Part shown: piece after piece, positions 8,173 to 16,693 of the stretch
How the letters are laid out: the number at the start of each line of letters is the position of its first letter
How positions within the stretch are numbered: the first letter of the stretch is position 1
Source: a bacterium (Candidatus Blackallbacteria) CG13_big_fil_rev_8_21_14_2_50_49_14
GTDB lineage: Bacteria > Cyanobacteriota > Sericytochromatia > UBA7694
Direction of reading: 5' to 3'
Assembly: GCA_002783405.1 (NCBI GenBank)
Contig: PFGG01000074.1
Span: 20,542 to 84,541, forward strand
DNA length: 64,000 nt
Position numbers and translations under genes: made by a program
Notes under the pieces: generated by a model
The model's database searches: none
Seen by the model: only the letters and a program-made list of their open reading frames with translations
What the model was told of the DNA's origin: nothing

Positions 8173-9482
8173 AGTCGATTGACAAAATTCCGACCGGAAA
8201 AATTCAGCGAGCCTCGAAATTGGTGGGCACGGGCGTGAAAGTGGGGGGGAATTATCTCAAGCATTATGGCGAAAAACTACTCAATCCCGATCTCGATCGC
8301 AGCAGTCTGGATCAGGCCAATGCCGAAGAAATCTTCAAGAGCCTTAAAAGCTTGAAAGGCAGCGCGCTCAAAGCGGCTCAACTTTTGAGCATGGAAAAAA
8401 ATCTGCTGCCCCAGGCCTATATCGACACTTTTTCCTTGGCCCAGTTTCAGGTTCCCCCGCTTTCGGCTCCCCTGGTGCGCAAAACTTTCCGTCAATATCT
8501 GGGGTGCCCCCCAGAAGAAATCTTTGCCCATTTTGAGGCCGAGTCAGTGGCTGCTGCCAGTATTGGTCAGGTGCACAAGGCCCGCAGCAAAGAAGGGCGG
8601 GATTTGGCTGTTAAATTACAGTACCCCGGTGTGGCTGAGAGTATCTCATCTGATCTGGCGATCGTGAAACCCATTGCGCTGCGAATGTTTAATCTCAACG
8701 CTGAAGATGTCGAGCATTATTTTCAAGAGGTACGCTCCAAACTTTTAGAAGAAACAGATTATACGCTCGAGTTGCGCCAGAGCCAACAAATGGCAAAGGA
8801 TTGCGCTCACCTTCCGGGTTTGCGCTTTCCCGCCTATTATCCCGAATATTCCAGCCCTCGGATTCTGACCATGGACTGGATCGAAGGAGAACCTCTTTCG
8901 CGTTTTGCCGAACGAAGCCCCGCCTTAGCAGAACGCACCCAGGTGGCGCAGACGCTTTGGGATTGGTATCTCTATCAGGTGCATCAGCTGCGCTATATGC
9001 ATGCTGATCCGCACCCAGGCAATTTTTTGGTGGCGCAGGGAGATTTGGTTGCGATTGATTTTGGCTGTATCAAACAGATTCCTGAAGCTTTTTATCTTCC
9101 CTATTTTGAATTGTCTTCCCCCGAATCCCTGGCTGATCCCGCACGTATGCAAGCCTGCCTTGAGCGTTTGGAGCTTTTGCGACCCACTGACAGCCAGGAT
9201 GACAGAAATTATTTGACAGCTGCTTTCAGAGAGTTGGCCGAATTGATTGCCCGCCCCTTTCATCAGGAACGGTTTGATTTCAGCAATGCTGAATTTTTTG
9301 CCACGATCAATGCCTTGGGGGAACGTTTTGCAAGGGATTCTCGCCTGCGCAAACTTACAGGGGGAAGGGGCTCTCAGCACTTTTTATACGCCAACCGTAC
9401 TTTTTTTGGGCTGTTTATGCTTCAACATGCTCTGGGGGTTGAAATAGAGACCCAACAATATCGCCGTTGGCTGAAGGCTTAA
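8169..9482 (+). CDS. ABC1/UbiB-family atypical protein kinase
   Basis: 'AASIGQVHKARSKEGRDLAVKLQYPGV', 'HADPHPGNFLV' and 'IDFG' are the ABC1 kinase motifs. Confidence 0.8.
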   Translation: MKSIDKIPTGKIQRASKLVGTGVKVGGNYLKHYGEKLLNPDLDRSSLDQANAEEIFKSLKSLKGSALKAAQLLSMEKNLLPQAYIDTFSLAQFQVPPLSAPLVRKTFRQYLGCPPEEIFAHFEAESVAAASIGQVHKARSKEGRDLAVKLQYPGVAESISSDLAIVKPIALRMFNLNAEDVEHYFQEVRSKLLEETDYTLELRQSQQMAKDCAHLPGLRFPAYYPEYSSPRILTMDWIEGEPLSRFAERSPALAERTQVAQTLWDWYLYQVHQLRYMHADPHPGNFLVAQGDLVAIDFGCIKQIPEAFYLPYFELSSPESLADPARMQACLERLELLRPTDSQDDRNYLTAAFRELAELIARPFHQERFDFSNAEFFATINALGERFARDSRLRKLTGGRGSQHFLYANRTFFGLFMLQHALGVEIETQQYRRWLKA

Positions 9483-9483
9483 G

Positions 9484-10461
9484 TCATTCGAGCCTGCGCG
9501 TGAAATTTAAAATCGCACGGATAAACTCCTGCGGTCGGGTCAAATGGCTCATATGCTCGGTTTGCATGGCGAGGTATTGAAACGGCACCTTCAGGGCTTG
9601 GCGGGTACGTTGCACATCCTCTGCGTTCATGGCACCGACCAAGCCCCATTGGGGGTGTTCAAACCAATGGGCGTGCAGCAGCAGAACGGGGCATTGGATT
9701 TGGGCAAGGGTTTGCGCATGGTCAAAATTGCGACAGGCCTGGCCCTCTAAAAAAGCCGCGCTGAAGGCCGGATCATATTCAGACAGCCCTTTGACAAAGA
9801 CCTGAAGGGTGGCGGGAAAAAACGCGGGAAGTTCGATCGCTTGGTGAGGGTGACGGGCCTGTAAGAACTGAAGCATTTTCACCAACATGAAACTGAGGGC
9901 CGGTGGCAATTTGAGAGGGGTTATGCGGCCTTGAACCGGAACTTCCAGCCCTGCAAAAAAACCGGCAAGGTCGCGGTTTTGTGTGTCTTTCAGGTAGTGA
10001 TGGCAGCGTTCAAAGATTGAATAGACGAAACAACTGTCGCGTAAGCGGGGCCATTCAGCACTGAACAACGGGGGGTCTTCAGGAATCACTCCCAAAACCC
10101 AGTCGGGTTCATGGGCCGCGAGCCAAAGTGCGATCAATCCGCCCGAAGAGTTGCCTGTCAGAAAAGCTGGGCGGCCCACCCGCTCACGCAGAAATGCAGC
10201 CATATCCTGGCCAATACTGTTGAAATCATAGCGTTCGGGATTCCAAGAAGTTTGTCCATGCCCATGCACATCGAGGGCAAAGACTTGAAAATGCTTTGCC
10301 AATCCGGGTAAAACCCGCTGATAGGATTCCCAAGAGACACTTTGCCCTGGAAAAAGCAAAAGGGGAGGGTGTGAGGATTCAGAAAAGACATAATGCAGAC
10401 GTACGGGGCCGGTCTGAAAGAAGGCTTCCTTCAGACCGGCCTTGCGTAAACTTGCTTTCAT
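9484..10461 (-). CDS. Alpha/beta hydrolase
   Basis: 'HGHGQTS' and nucleophile elbow 'GNSSGG'. Typical size. Lies 12 nt downstream of the Gly/Ala-rich repeat gene. Confidence 0.7.
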   Translation of the reverse strand: MKASLRKAGLKEAFFQTGPVRLHYVFSESSHPPLLLFPGQSVSWESYQRVLPGLAKHFQVFALDVHGHGQTSWNPERYDFNSIGQDMAAFLRERVGRPAFLTGNSSGGLIALWLAAHEPDWVLGVIPEDPPLFSAEWPRLRDSCFVYSIFERCHHYLKDTQNRDLAGFFAGLEVPVQGRITPLKLPPALSFMLVKMLQFLQARHPHQAIELPAFFPATLQVFVKGLSEYDPAFSAAFLEGQACRNFDHAQTLAQIQCPVLLLHAHWFEHPQWGLVGAMNAEDVQRTRQALKVPFQYLAMQTEHMSHLTRPQEFIRAILNFTRRLE

Positions 10462-10473
10462 TTCAAGCCGTGG

Positions 10474-12186
10474 CTATTCGCCTTTGTTTTTGTTGTAAGC
10501 GTAATAGCCTACACCACCAGCTACGGCCAGAGCGCCGAGTGTGACGCCAGGATGTTTGACGGCGAATTCAAAGACGGGTTTGATGGCTTTATCGCTTACA
10601 AATTCAGCGGTTTTTACCACGCCAGTTTTGGTGCCATTCAGAACTTTCATGCCTGCGTTTTCAAGCACGGGGATTCCCAGCACATTGCCGGTGACAGCCA
10701 CAGCGCCAGCCCCTGTCAGTACGGTAGCGGTGGCTGCGCCAGCGGTGATCAGGCCTCTGCCCAGGCCGGGCTTTTCAAGCATTTGATCGGCCTGTTCGAG
10801 GGTCAGTTCACCCAATTTATAGGCGGTGGCACCCAAGCCCACTGCTGCAACAGGTTTCCAGCCTTTGTCGAAGGCTTTATCCAGCATGGGCACGCCCAGT
10901 TTATCGGCGATCAGTTGGGTGCCTCCCATGGCGGTAAGAGCAGCAGCCGTGCCGGTTGCCACGTGGGTGATTTCAAATCCATTGGCTTTGATATCTTCTG
11001 CGGTATATTTGCCCAAGGCGGCAGAGGTGGCGATCAGAGCGGTTCCACCCAGAATGGGAAGATTTTCAGGGAAGGCTTTGATTAGTTTTTCATTTTGAGT
11101 GGCCAAGCCAATCAGTGAAGCGCCCCCGGTTGCACCCGCTACGCCAGCGGTGACTTCGGCAACACCTACCGCGTCATTGATAATTCCTTTTTGGGTGGTC
11201 AAACGGCGTACACCGTCAGCACCTGCGGCCAAGCCACTGGCTGCCACTGCGCCCCCTGAGACGATAATGCCGCCTTTGGAGGTAAACAGGGCTTTGGCGG
11301 TACCGGTCAGGGCTTCTTTCATGACGGGAATATTGTATTGGCGGCCAATCAGTTCTGCGCCTCCCAGGGTGCCCACGACACCCCCAGCAATTTCAGCGCC
11401 GCCCTGAAGCTTTTTACCTTCGCTCAGGTCTTTTGCGCCTTTGACAAGGGCTGCTGCACCGCCCGTAACGGCTGCTGCGCCGGTGACGGCTTTTACATTT
11501 TTACCGACCCATTCAGCAGGGGTGGAAAGGGCCTCTTTCATGACAGGAATATTGTAGCGACGGCCGACCAATTCGGCGCTTCCCAAAACGGCCAGAGAGC
11601 CACCGGTCAATTCAATGCCGCCCATGACAGAATTGCCATCTTTGAGATTTTCAACGCCATCTTTCAGCAGCAGAGCGCCCCCGGTGGCAATCGCAGCACC
11701 GGCAATGGCTTCTTTGTGGGCATAGGCTTTTTCAAGTGGAGTAGAAAGGGCCTGTTTCATGACGGGAATATTGTACTGACGGCCTACGAGTTCGGCTCCA
11801 CCCAAACCTGTGACCAGAGCGCCAGCAGCTTCGGCTGCTGCTTTGCCATGGGAACCTTCTTGAAAGCTGGCGACAGCATCTTCGCCGAGCAGGGCGGCTG
11901 TGCCCAGGCTGGCAGCGCCGCCGACCAAGAGGCCGTTTTTAACAAAGGTGAATTCGAGGGCTTTTTCTACCGCAGGAAATTTATCTGCGAGTTTGACGGC
12001 TCCTGAGATCGTGGCGGCTCCACCTACCAGGGTGCCAGCACCCACAAGGGCCATATTGTCGCCAATAAAGGTGCCTTCTTTGGTGTTTTCATGAACGGTA
12101 TCTACAATTTTGTCGAGATGGGTCTGTTTGGGAGCACTGACTTGGGGCTGTACGGGAAGATTGGGTTGACCTTGAATCGCTGGCAT
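10474..12186 (-). CDS. Gly/Ala-rich repeat protein, no signal peptide, C-terminal TM anchor (unknown family)
   Basis: Three near-identical units 'AEL(V/I)GR(Q/R)YNIPVMK(Q/E)AL' at residues 131, 205 and 277, plus degenerate copies. Ends with 'GVTLGALAVAGGVGYYAYNKNKGE'. Confidence 0.7.
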   Translation of the reverse strand: MPAIQGQPNLPVQPQVSAPKQTHLDKIVDTVHENTKEGTFIGDNMALVGAGTLVGGAATISGAVKLADKFPAVEKALEFTFVKNGLLVGGAASLGTAALLGEDAVASFQEGSHGKAAAEAAGALVTGLGGAELVGRQYNIPVMKQALSTPLEKAYAHKEAIAGAAIATGGALLLKDGVENLKDGNSVMGGIELTGGSLAVLGSAELVGRRYNIPVMKEALSTPAEWVGKNVKAVTGAAAVTGGAAALVKGAKDLSEGKKLQGGAEIAGGVVGTLGGAELIGRQYNIPVMKEALTGTAKALFTSKGGIIVSGGAVAASGLAAGADGVRRLTTQKGIINDAVGVAEVTAGVAGATGGASLIGLATQNEKLIKAFPENLPILGGTALIATSAALGKYTAEDIKANGFEITHVATGTAAALTAMGGTQLIADKLGVPMLDKAFDKGWKPVAAVGLGATAYKLGELTLEQADQMLEKPGLGRGLITAGAATATVLTGAGAVAVTGNVLGIPVLENAGMKVLNGTKTGVVKTAEFVSDKAIKPVFEFAVKHPGVTLGALAVAGGVGYYAYNKNKGE

Positions 12187-12203
12187 TTTTCTCTACGTCC
12201 TTA

Positions 12204-12209
12204 CACTTG
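12204..12209 (-). promoter_or_regulatory. CAAGTG leader element 17 nt upstream of the repeat-protein ATG
   Basis: The same hexamer sits 16 and 21 nt upstream of the ATGs of the genes at 35440 and 43746. An AT-rich -10-like element (TAAAGT) precedes it. Confidence 0.3.
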
Positions 12210-12432
12210 GGATTTGATACTTTAACTATCCCCTCAAGCAGCATGAAGATTGCCTGTTTTATCCATGATTTAACTGTACTTTATGGTTATCTATGTTTTC
12301 TCTTAACTTGTTAACCCTTCAGAAGTGAAGATGGGTTCAGTGAGGTCTGACTAAAGTGCTGGTTTTGCTTGTTTTCAAAGGTTTTCTCTTGGAAGTCTGC
12401 TAAAATGAAAGGCGAAGAAACGGAGTTTGAAA

Positions 12433-13002
12433 ATGCCAAAATTTTCGTTTAAAAAAGGGAAGCGCATTTTAGGGTTGGGAGCCTTGTTTTTGGCTTTGAC
12501 GTCCTGTTGGGCGCGTCAGGGGCTGCCCGTTGAAAAAATTTCAGAGCCCGCTTTGCTTGAACAGGCCAAGGTGCTTCCTGTTTCTGGTTTCTTTGCCCTG
12601 CGCATGGAAAATCGGCCCCGCAAGGCCTTGGTCGGTCAGTGGTTGATTCTGCATGAAGATGCCCAGTTCGTTTATTTGGGCTATCCCCGTTTTGACGGTA
12701 TTTTAAGTGATTCTCGTTCTGTTTCTGAGTTTTATAAAACGCAAAAGTCTGAGCTTCTGTCTGAATTCCCAGGCTATCGCAGCATTGGGGGCAATGATGT
12801 GCGGCTTGCTGCCCAGTCGGCACTTCAGCAAAAGACCCAGACATCTGTGGCCCTGCCCTGGGAGAAATGGCAGGCCAAGCTGAATCAGCGGGTGATTCAG
12901 GTCAGTGCAGAAGTGGCCTTGGCAGAGCAGGTTCAGAAATACACTGTGGAATTGGATGCTTCAGACTTGAAGCTGATCAGCGTTCGCTCAATTGCGGATT
13001 GA
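12433..13002 (+). CDS. Hypothetical lipoprotein
   Basis: ATG at 12433 after GGAG. 'LGLGALFLALTSCW' lipobox. Its 3' end overlaps the convergent crp/fnr-family gene by 26 nt. Confidence 0.55.
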   Translation: MPKFSFKKGKRILGLGALFLALTSCWARQGLPVEKISEPALLEQAKVLPVSGFFALRMENRPRKALVGQWLILHEDAQFVYLGYPRFDGILSDSRSVSEFYKTQKSELLSEFPGYRSIGGNDVRLAAQSALQQKTQTSVALPWEKWQAKLNQRVIQVSAEVALAEQVQKYTVELDASDLKLISVRSIAD

Positions 13003-13669
13003 GCACCACAACCCGGCGTTTCTCAAAGCGAATCAAGCCTTTGTTTTCAAGCTTTTTTAATAACTCAGTGACGGTAGGGCGGGCGATATTGGTTAACTCG
13101 CCCAACTCCTGATGGGTCAGCGTGAGATTGATTAGCATTCCGTCTTTGACTGGTTTGGGGTATTCCTGACTGAGTCTCTGCAAAAGCTCCAATAAACGCT
13201 GTTCTGCGCTTTTAAATACCAGGGCATCCATTTGATTGGTGATCTGGCGCAAGCGCAGGCCCATCCATTTGGTCACCCTTAAATTCAGATCTGGATGCAT
13301 GGCCAGAAAATTTTCAAAATCTTCTTTGCGTACCAGGCAAAGCAAACTGTCTTCCATTGCTTCAGCAATACTGTCCTGTTCGCCAGCTTCTTCGATCAGG
13401 GCCAATTCTCCAAAGATATCGCCAGGTTCGAGGATTGAAAGAATAATCTGTTTGCCTTCTTCTGACAAGCGAGAGATGCGAATCCTCCCTTTTTTGAGCA
13501 GGTAAATGGATGTCGCCGGGTCGCCGGGCAGATAAACAGGTTCATTCTTGGGGGTTGTACACATTTGGGTCATCTCTTCCATCTGCTTCATTTCGTCTTG
13601 TTCCATGGCAGAGAAGAGATTGATTTGTGAGAGATACCAAAGCTTGCTAATGGTGTCAGAGGTTCCCAT
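12977..13669 (-). CDS. Crp/Fnr-family transcriptional regulator (cNMP-binding-like domain + C-terminal HTH)
   Basis: 'IYLLKKGRIRISRLSEEGKQIILSILEPGDIFGELAL' beta-roll and HTH 'LTHQELGELTNIARPTVTELLKKLENKGLI'. The pocket reads 'GEQDSIAEA' where CRP has the Arg-Ser pair. Confidence 0.85.
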   Translation of the reverse strand: MGTSDTISKLWYLSQINLFSAMEQDEMKQMEEMTQMCTTPKNEPVYLPGDPATSIYLLKKGRIRISRLSEEGKQIILSILEPGDIFGELALIEEAGEQDSIAEAMEDSLLCLVRKEDFENFLAMHPDLNLRVTKWMGLRLRQITNQMDALVFKSAEQRLLELLQRLSQEYPKPVKDGMLINLTLTHQELGELTNIARPTVTELLKKLENKGLIRFEKRRVVVLNPQLSER

Positions 13670-13721
13670 ATGGATGCATTACATTCTTTTTCTGTATAAA
13701 TTTTCAACTACCCGCGTTCAG

Positions 13722-13763
13722 TTTAACAGTAAAAGGTATTATTTTAACAGTAAAAGGTATTAT
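13722..13763. repeat. Perfect 21-bp tandem direct repeat (TTTAACAGTAAAAGGTATTAT x2)
   Basis: Read directly: 13722-13742 equals 13743-13763. Located in the divergent promoter region of the Crp/Fnr-family gene. Confidence 0.9.
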
Positions 13764-13775
13764 TAAACCTTTGAA

Positions 13776-13791
13776 TATCAGCTAGCTGACA
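13776..13791. promoter_or_regulatory. CRP-type palindrome, one mismatch (TATCA-GCTAGC-TGACA)
   Basis: Contains the perfect 12-bp palindrome TCAGCTAGCTGA. Lies between the regulator gene (start 13669) and the thioredoxin-like gene (start 13852). Confidence 0.45.
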
Positions 13792-13851
13792 TTATTTTTT
13801 GATGACGGCCTTTAAAATAGTATTTATTTCGTACTAAAGGATGAATTTCTT

Positions 13852-14094
13852 ATGCTAGAGGCGGTTGCTATTTGTGATGCGCTCTGTTTGAGCAAGACAG
13901 CTTTGAATCGGCAGCTTGAATCGCTTCAGAGCACCTGCCCTGATTTTCGTTTTCGTTGGGCTTCAGGAGCTGAATCACGTCTTTTGATGAAAAAACGTCA
14001 TGTAAAAATCTTACCTTGCCTTGTGATTGGTGAAATTGTACTCTATGGGGTGCCCGCCCAAGAAGAAATTCTGCAGACCTGGCAATTACAATGA
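13852..14094 (+). CDS. Small thioredoxin-fold protein (redox-active-disulfide-protein-2-like)
   Basis: 80 aa. N-terminal 'CDALC' CxxC and C-terminal 'ILPCLVIGEIVLYGVPAQEEI' follow the pattern of small Trx-like proteins. ATGA overlap with the next gene. Confidence 0.4.
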   Translation: MLEAVAICDALCLSKTALNRQLESLQSTCPDFRFRWASGAESRLLMKKRHVKILPCLVIGEIVLYGVPAQEEILQTWQLQ

Positions 14095-15326
14095 TGAGAT
14101 CTCTGTGGCTTGTTGTTTTTCTGTTGTTGAGTGCTTGTCAGTATTCCACTGTTATTGAGCCTCAGCCTCACTTGCCTGCTGAGGCCACCAATAACGCTGC
14201 ACCTTCTCAAAAACTTGATTCATTTGCTTTGTTGGAGCGTCATCATCTGGTACAGGTTTTGCAAGATATTCCAGCACGGATACTCCACTTAAAACAAGCA
14301 GATGGGGGTATTCTTTTCTGGATTATTTCAGAACAAGGTCATTTAGAAGTTTTTCAGCTTAAAAATGGGAATATTGTTTTAGGTTCTGTTCCTGAAAATC
14401 TGCCAGTTTTGCCGCCTGAGAGCAGTGCCTGGCCCCTTTTGATGCGCTCTGTGGATTTTCAAGTTCAAAAAGGCTTTCTCTATTTACCTTGGGAATCAGG
14501 GGGGATCGCTCTGGAGCCCCATACCGGTTATTTACAGCGATTTCCTCAGCGCCAGAGCTATTTTTTGAGCAAGGAGAGTTTGCCGGATGCCGAGCTGACT
14601 CTTTTCGAAGAAAATCTATTGCTCTTAGAAGCTCCAACAGAACGCTATGGGCATGGTATTTTGGGGGATCGCCTGGAAGCCTCAGGATTGGGGATGTATT
14701 CTCTTGAAAATGGAAAGAAGCAGGCCGAGATTGTTTTGCCCGAAACAGAGGTTTTTGAAACGCTACGCCCCCTAAGAGCAGAGTTGGTTTCTGAATCTGA
14801 TAGGGCTGAAATAATAATGACAGTCAGCGATAAGAACAAGGGCTCCTTCCTGCGTATCTACAGTGCAAATGGAGCTGAATTGGCTGTCGGTGCAGAAATC
14901 GGAAGCGCTTTTCGTTGGCTTCATCTTTTGGGGGTCGCTCATTTTGCGCCTGATTTAGCTGCTGAAATAGCAGTGATCAAAACTCCGCATATTGGCGGTG
15001 TTTTAGAGCTGTATAAGTTAAGTCAGGGAAAGTTGGTAAAAACAGTTTCTTTAAAGGGCTATTCAACGCATCGTATTGGGTCGCGAAATCTCGATATGTT
15101 TGTAATGTTTGATCTCAATGGAGATCACTTCCCTGAGCTGATTCTGCCGCACCAGGAGATGCGCAGTTTGGGTGTTCTCCAGCGCAATTCTCAAGGTTTT
15201 AAAGAGCAACTTCAACTTAACTTGGGCAGTCCTTTAAGTACCAATCTGGCAGGATTTTCTGAGTCAGATCAATGGCTTTTGGCAGCCGGAACGCAAAAAA
15301 AAGAACTTCATCTTTGGTTCAGATAA
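14091..15326 (+). CDS. Lipoprotein with an FG-GAP/VCBS-like repeat
   Basis: Signal/lipobox 'LWLVVFLLLSACQ'. 'FDLNGDHFPELIL' resembles an FG-GAP Ca-binding loop. Confidence 0.4.
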   Translation: MMRSLWLVVFLLLSACQYSTVIEPQPHLPAEATNNAAPSQKLDSFALLERHHLVQVLQDIPARILHLKQADGGILFWIISEQGHLEVFQLKNGNIVLGSVPENLPVLPPESSAWPLLMRSVDFQVQKGFLYLPWESGGIALEPHTGYLQRFPQRQSYFLSKESLPDAELTLFEENLLLLEAPTERYGHGILGDRLEASGLGMYSLENGKKQAEIVLPETEVFETLRPLRAELVSESDRAEIIMTVSDKNKGSFLRIYSANGAELAVGAEIGSAFRWLHLLGVAHFAPDLAAEIAVIKTPHIGGVLELYKLSQGKLVKTVSLKGYSTHRIGSRNLDMFVMFDLNGDHFPELILPHQEMRSLGVLQRNSQGFKEQLQLNLGSPLSTNLAGFSESDQWLLAAGTQKKELHLWFR

Positions 15327-15328
15327 TT

Positions 15329-15344
15329 TGTCAACCAGCTGACA
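15329..15344. promoter_or_regulatory. CRP-type palindrome TGTCA-ACCAGC-TGACA
   Basis: Perfect 5+5 match, 22 bp upstream of the YceI-like ORF start. Confidence 0.55.
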
Positions 15345-15366
15345 GAATTTTGCGAAAAAGTCTTTT

Positions 15367-16029
15367 ATGCTCAAACGAAGATTTACCATCAAACGAAGGA
15401 CTTATTTTGTGTTGAAAACCAGTGTGATTGCTCCATTTTTATTCTTTTCCCTTGTTTCGGCGGTCTTTGCAACCAGTTTGCCCAGTCGTCAAGTTTTACA
15501 GCAGGGGTCTCATTGTGTTGCTTGGCGAACCACGAAAACTTTGGCTTTGGTTTCTCAGCATGAGGTGGTCGGCGTCTCATGTCAGGTCTCTGTAACCGCC
15601 AAATCCGCAGCAGGAGAGAAATACTCGGCCACGGTCTCAATTCCCATCAACTCATTTAACAGTCAGGAGGCCGATCGTGACAAAGAAGTCCTGAAAATTT
15701 TAAAGGCCTCCGTCCAGCCCAATCTGCTCTTTACGACCCAAGCTTTTTCCAAAGCTCAGTGGGAAGCTCTCTTGGCAAAGGGTCAAGGCACTGTAAAAGG
15801 CCGACTGGCTGTGGGAGGACGCTCGTTTCCTCTCGCTGCGATTGTAAAAATCCGTAAAAATGGCGGTTCCATTGAGGTCTACGGCACGATTCGTACTCGT
15901 TTTACCGCGTTTGGAATTCAGCCGCCCGAAGTGGGCCCCGGCGGGGCAATTGCCAAGGTTCCAGATTATTTGGAGTTACATTTTAATTTAACTTCAGACA
16001 AAGTTCAGAATTATGGCATTGTCAAATAA
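15367..16029 (+). CDS. YceI-like secreted protein
   Basis: Signal peptide 'VIAPFLFFSLVSAVFA'. 'VSIPINSFNSQEADRDKEVLKILK' resembles the YceI 'S.dtg...RD.hl' segment. Confidence 0.45.
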   Translation: MLKRRFTIKRRTYFVLKTSVIAPFLFFSLVSAVFATSLPSRQVLQQGSHCVAWRTTKTLALVSQHEVVGVSCQVSVTAKSAAGEKYSATVSIPINSFNSQEADRDKEVLKILKASVQPNLLFTTQAFSKAQWEALLAKGQGTVKGRLAVGGRSFPLAAIVKIRKNGGSIEVYGTIRTRFTAFGIQPPEVGPGGAIAKVPDYLELHFNLTSDKVQNYGIVK

Positions 16030-16061
16030 ACTTATTCCATTTAAATCACAAGGAGAATTTC

Positions 16062-16577
16062 ATGAAACTATTTTCGACCCTGTTGGCAGCCAGTGTTTTG
16101 CTCTATACTGTTGTGGCCTGTACAGCCCCCAGCACACCTTCAGTGCCCAACACTCCCAGCAAGAATGCCCCAGCAACACAACCTGTGGAGCCAAGTGATG
16201 CCGACCTCAAGGCTCTGGCCAAGAGTTATGCCTCTTTTGCCGCGCTCAATACAGATTTGAAAGTGAGTCCAACGCACCAGGGGATGCTGGTCAGAACTCA
16301 TCTGGATGCGGCAGCAACCCAGGCTTATAACAGCAAATCGTACCCTTTTCCCGATGGGGCAACGGCTGTGAAAGAGGCCCATAAGTCAGCAGAATCACCG
16401 ACAGAAGCGCTTTTCGTCATGAAAAAAATCAAAGGCTATGATACGGCCAACGGGGATTGGTATTACGCGATGACAGCCCCTGATGGAACTGCCATGCAAA
16501 AGGGCAAGGTTCAGATGTGTATTTCATGCCATTCTCAAGCCAAAGCCAAGGATTATATCTACGGATTTAATCAATAA
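16062..16577 (+). CDS. Cytochrome P460-family haem lipoprotein
   Basis: Lipobox 'VVACT'. C-terminal 'GDWYYAMTAPDG...GKVQMCISCHSQAKAKDYIYGF' has CxxCH near the C-terminus in a 170-aa protein, as in the P460 family. Confidence 0.6.
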   Translation: MKLFSTLLAASVLLYTVVACTAPSTPSVPNTPSKNAPATQPVEPSDADLKALAKSYASFAALNTDLKVSPTHQGMLVRTHLDAAATQAYNSKSYPFPDGATAVKEAHKSAESPTEALFVMKKIKGYDTANGDWYYAMTAPDGTAMQKGKVQMCISCHSQAKAKDYIYGFNQ

Positions 16578-16599
16578 ACAGACCCTGAAACATAGCTGG

Positions 16600-16626
16600 G
16601 GAGGTCGTTGAGGGCCTCCTTTTTTT
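16600..16626 (+). terminator. Rho-independent terminator after the P460-like gene
   Basis: GGAGG...CCTCC stem (16600-16604 / 16615-16619) followed by T7. Confidence 0.5.
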
Positions 16627-16693
16627 AGAGTTTTAAGAGGATAAACGTCGAGCAACTCTTTCAAATCTGGTGAAAGTGGCAAAGGGGAGGATC

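Noticed and set aside
10541-12094. Multiple plus-strand ORFs (81-222 aa) opposite the Gly/Ala-rich repeat gene
   Set aside because: GC-rich Gly/Ala codons keep the antisense frames open. Only the minus frame shows the conserved repeat units and is followed by a coupled gene.
13722-13763. Possible CRISPR or minisatellite
   Set aside because: There are only two directly abutting copies with no spacers, and no cas genes. I treat it as a promoter-region tandem duplication.
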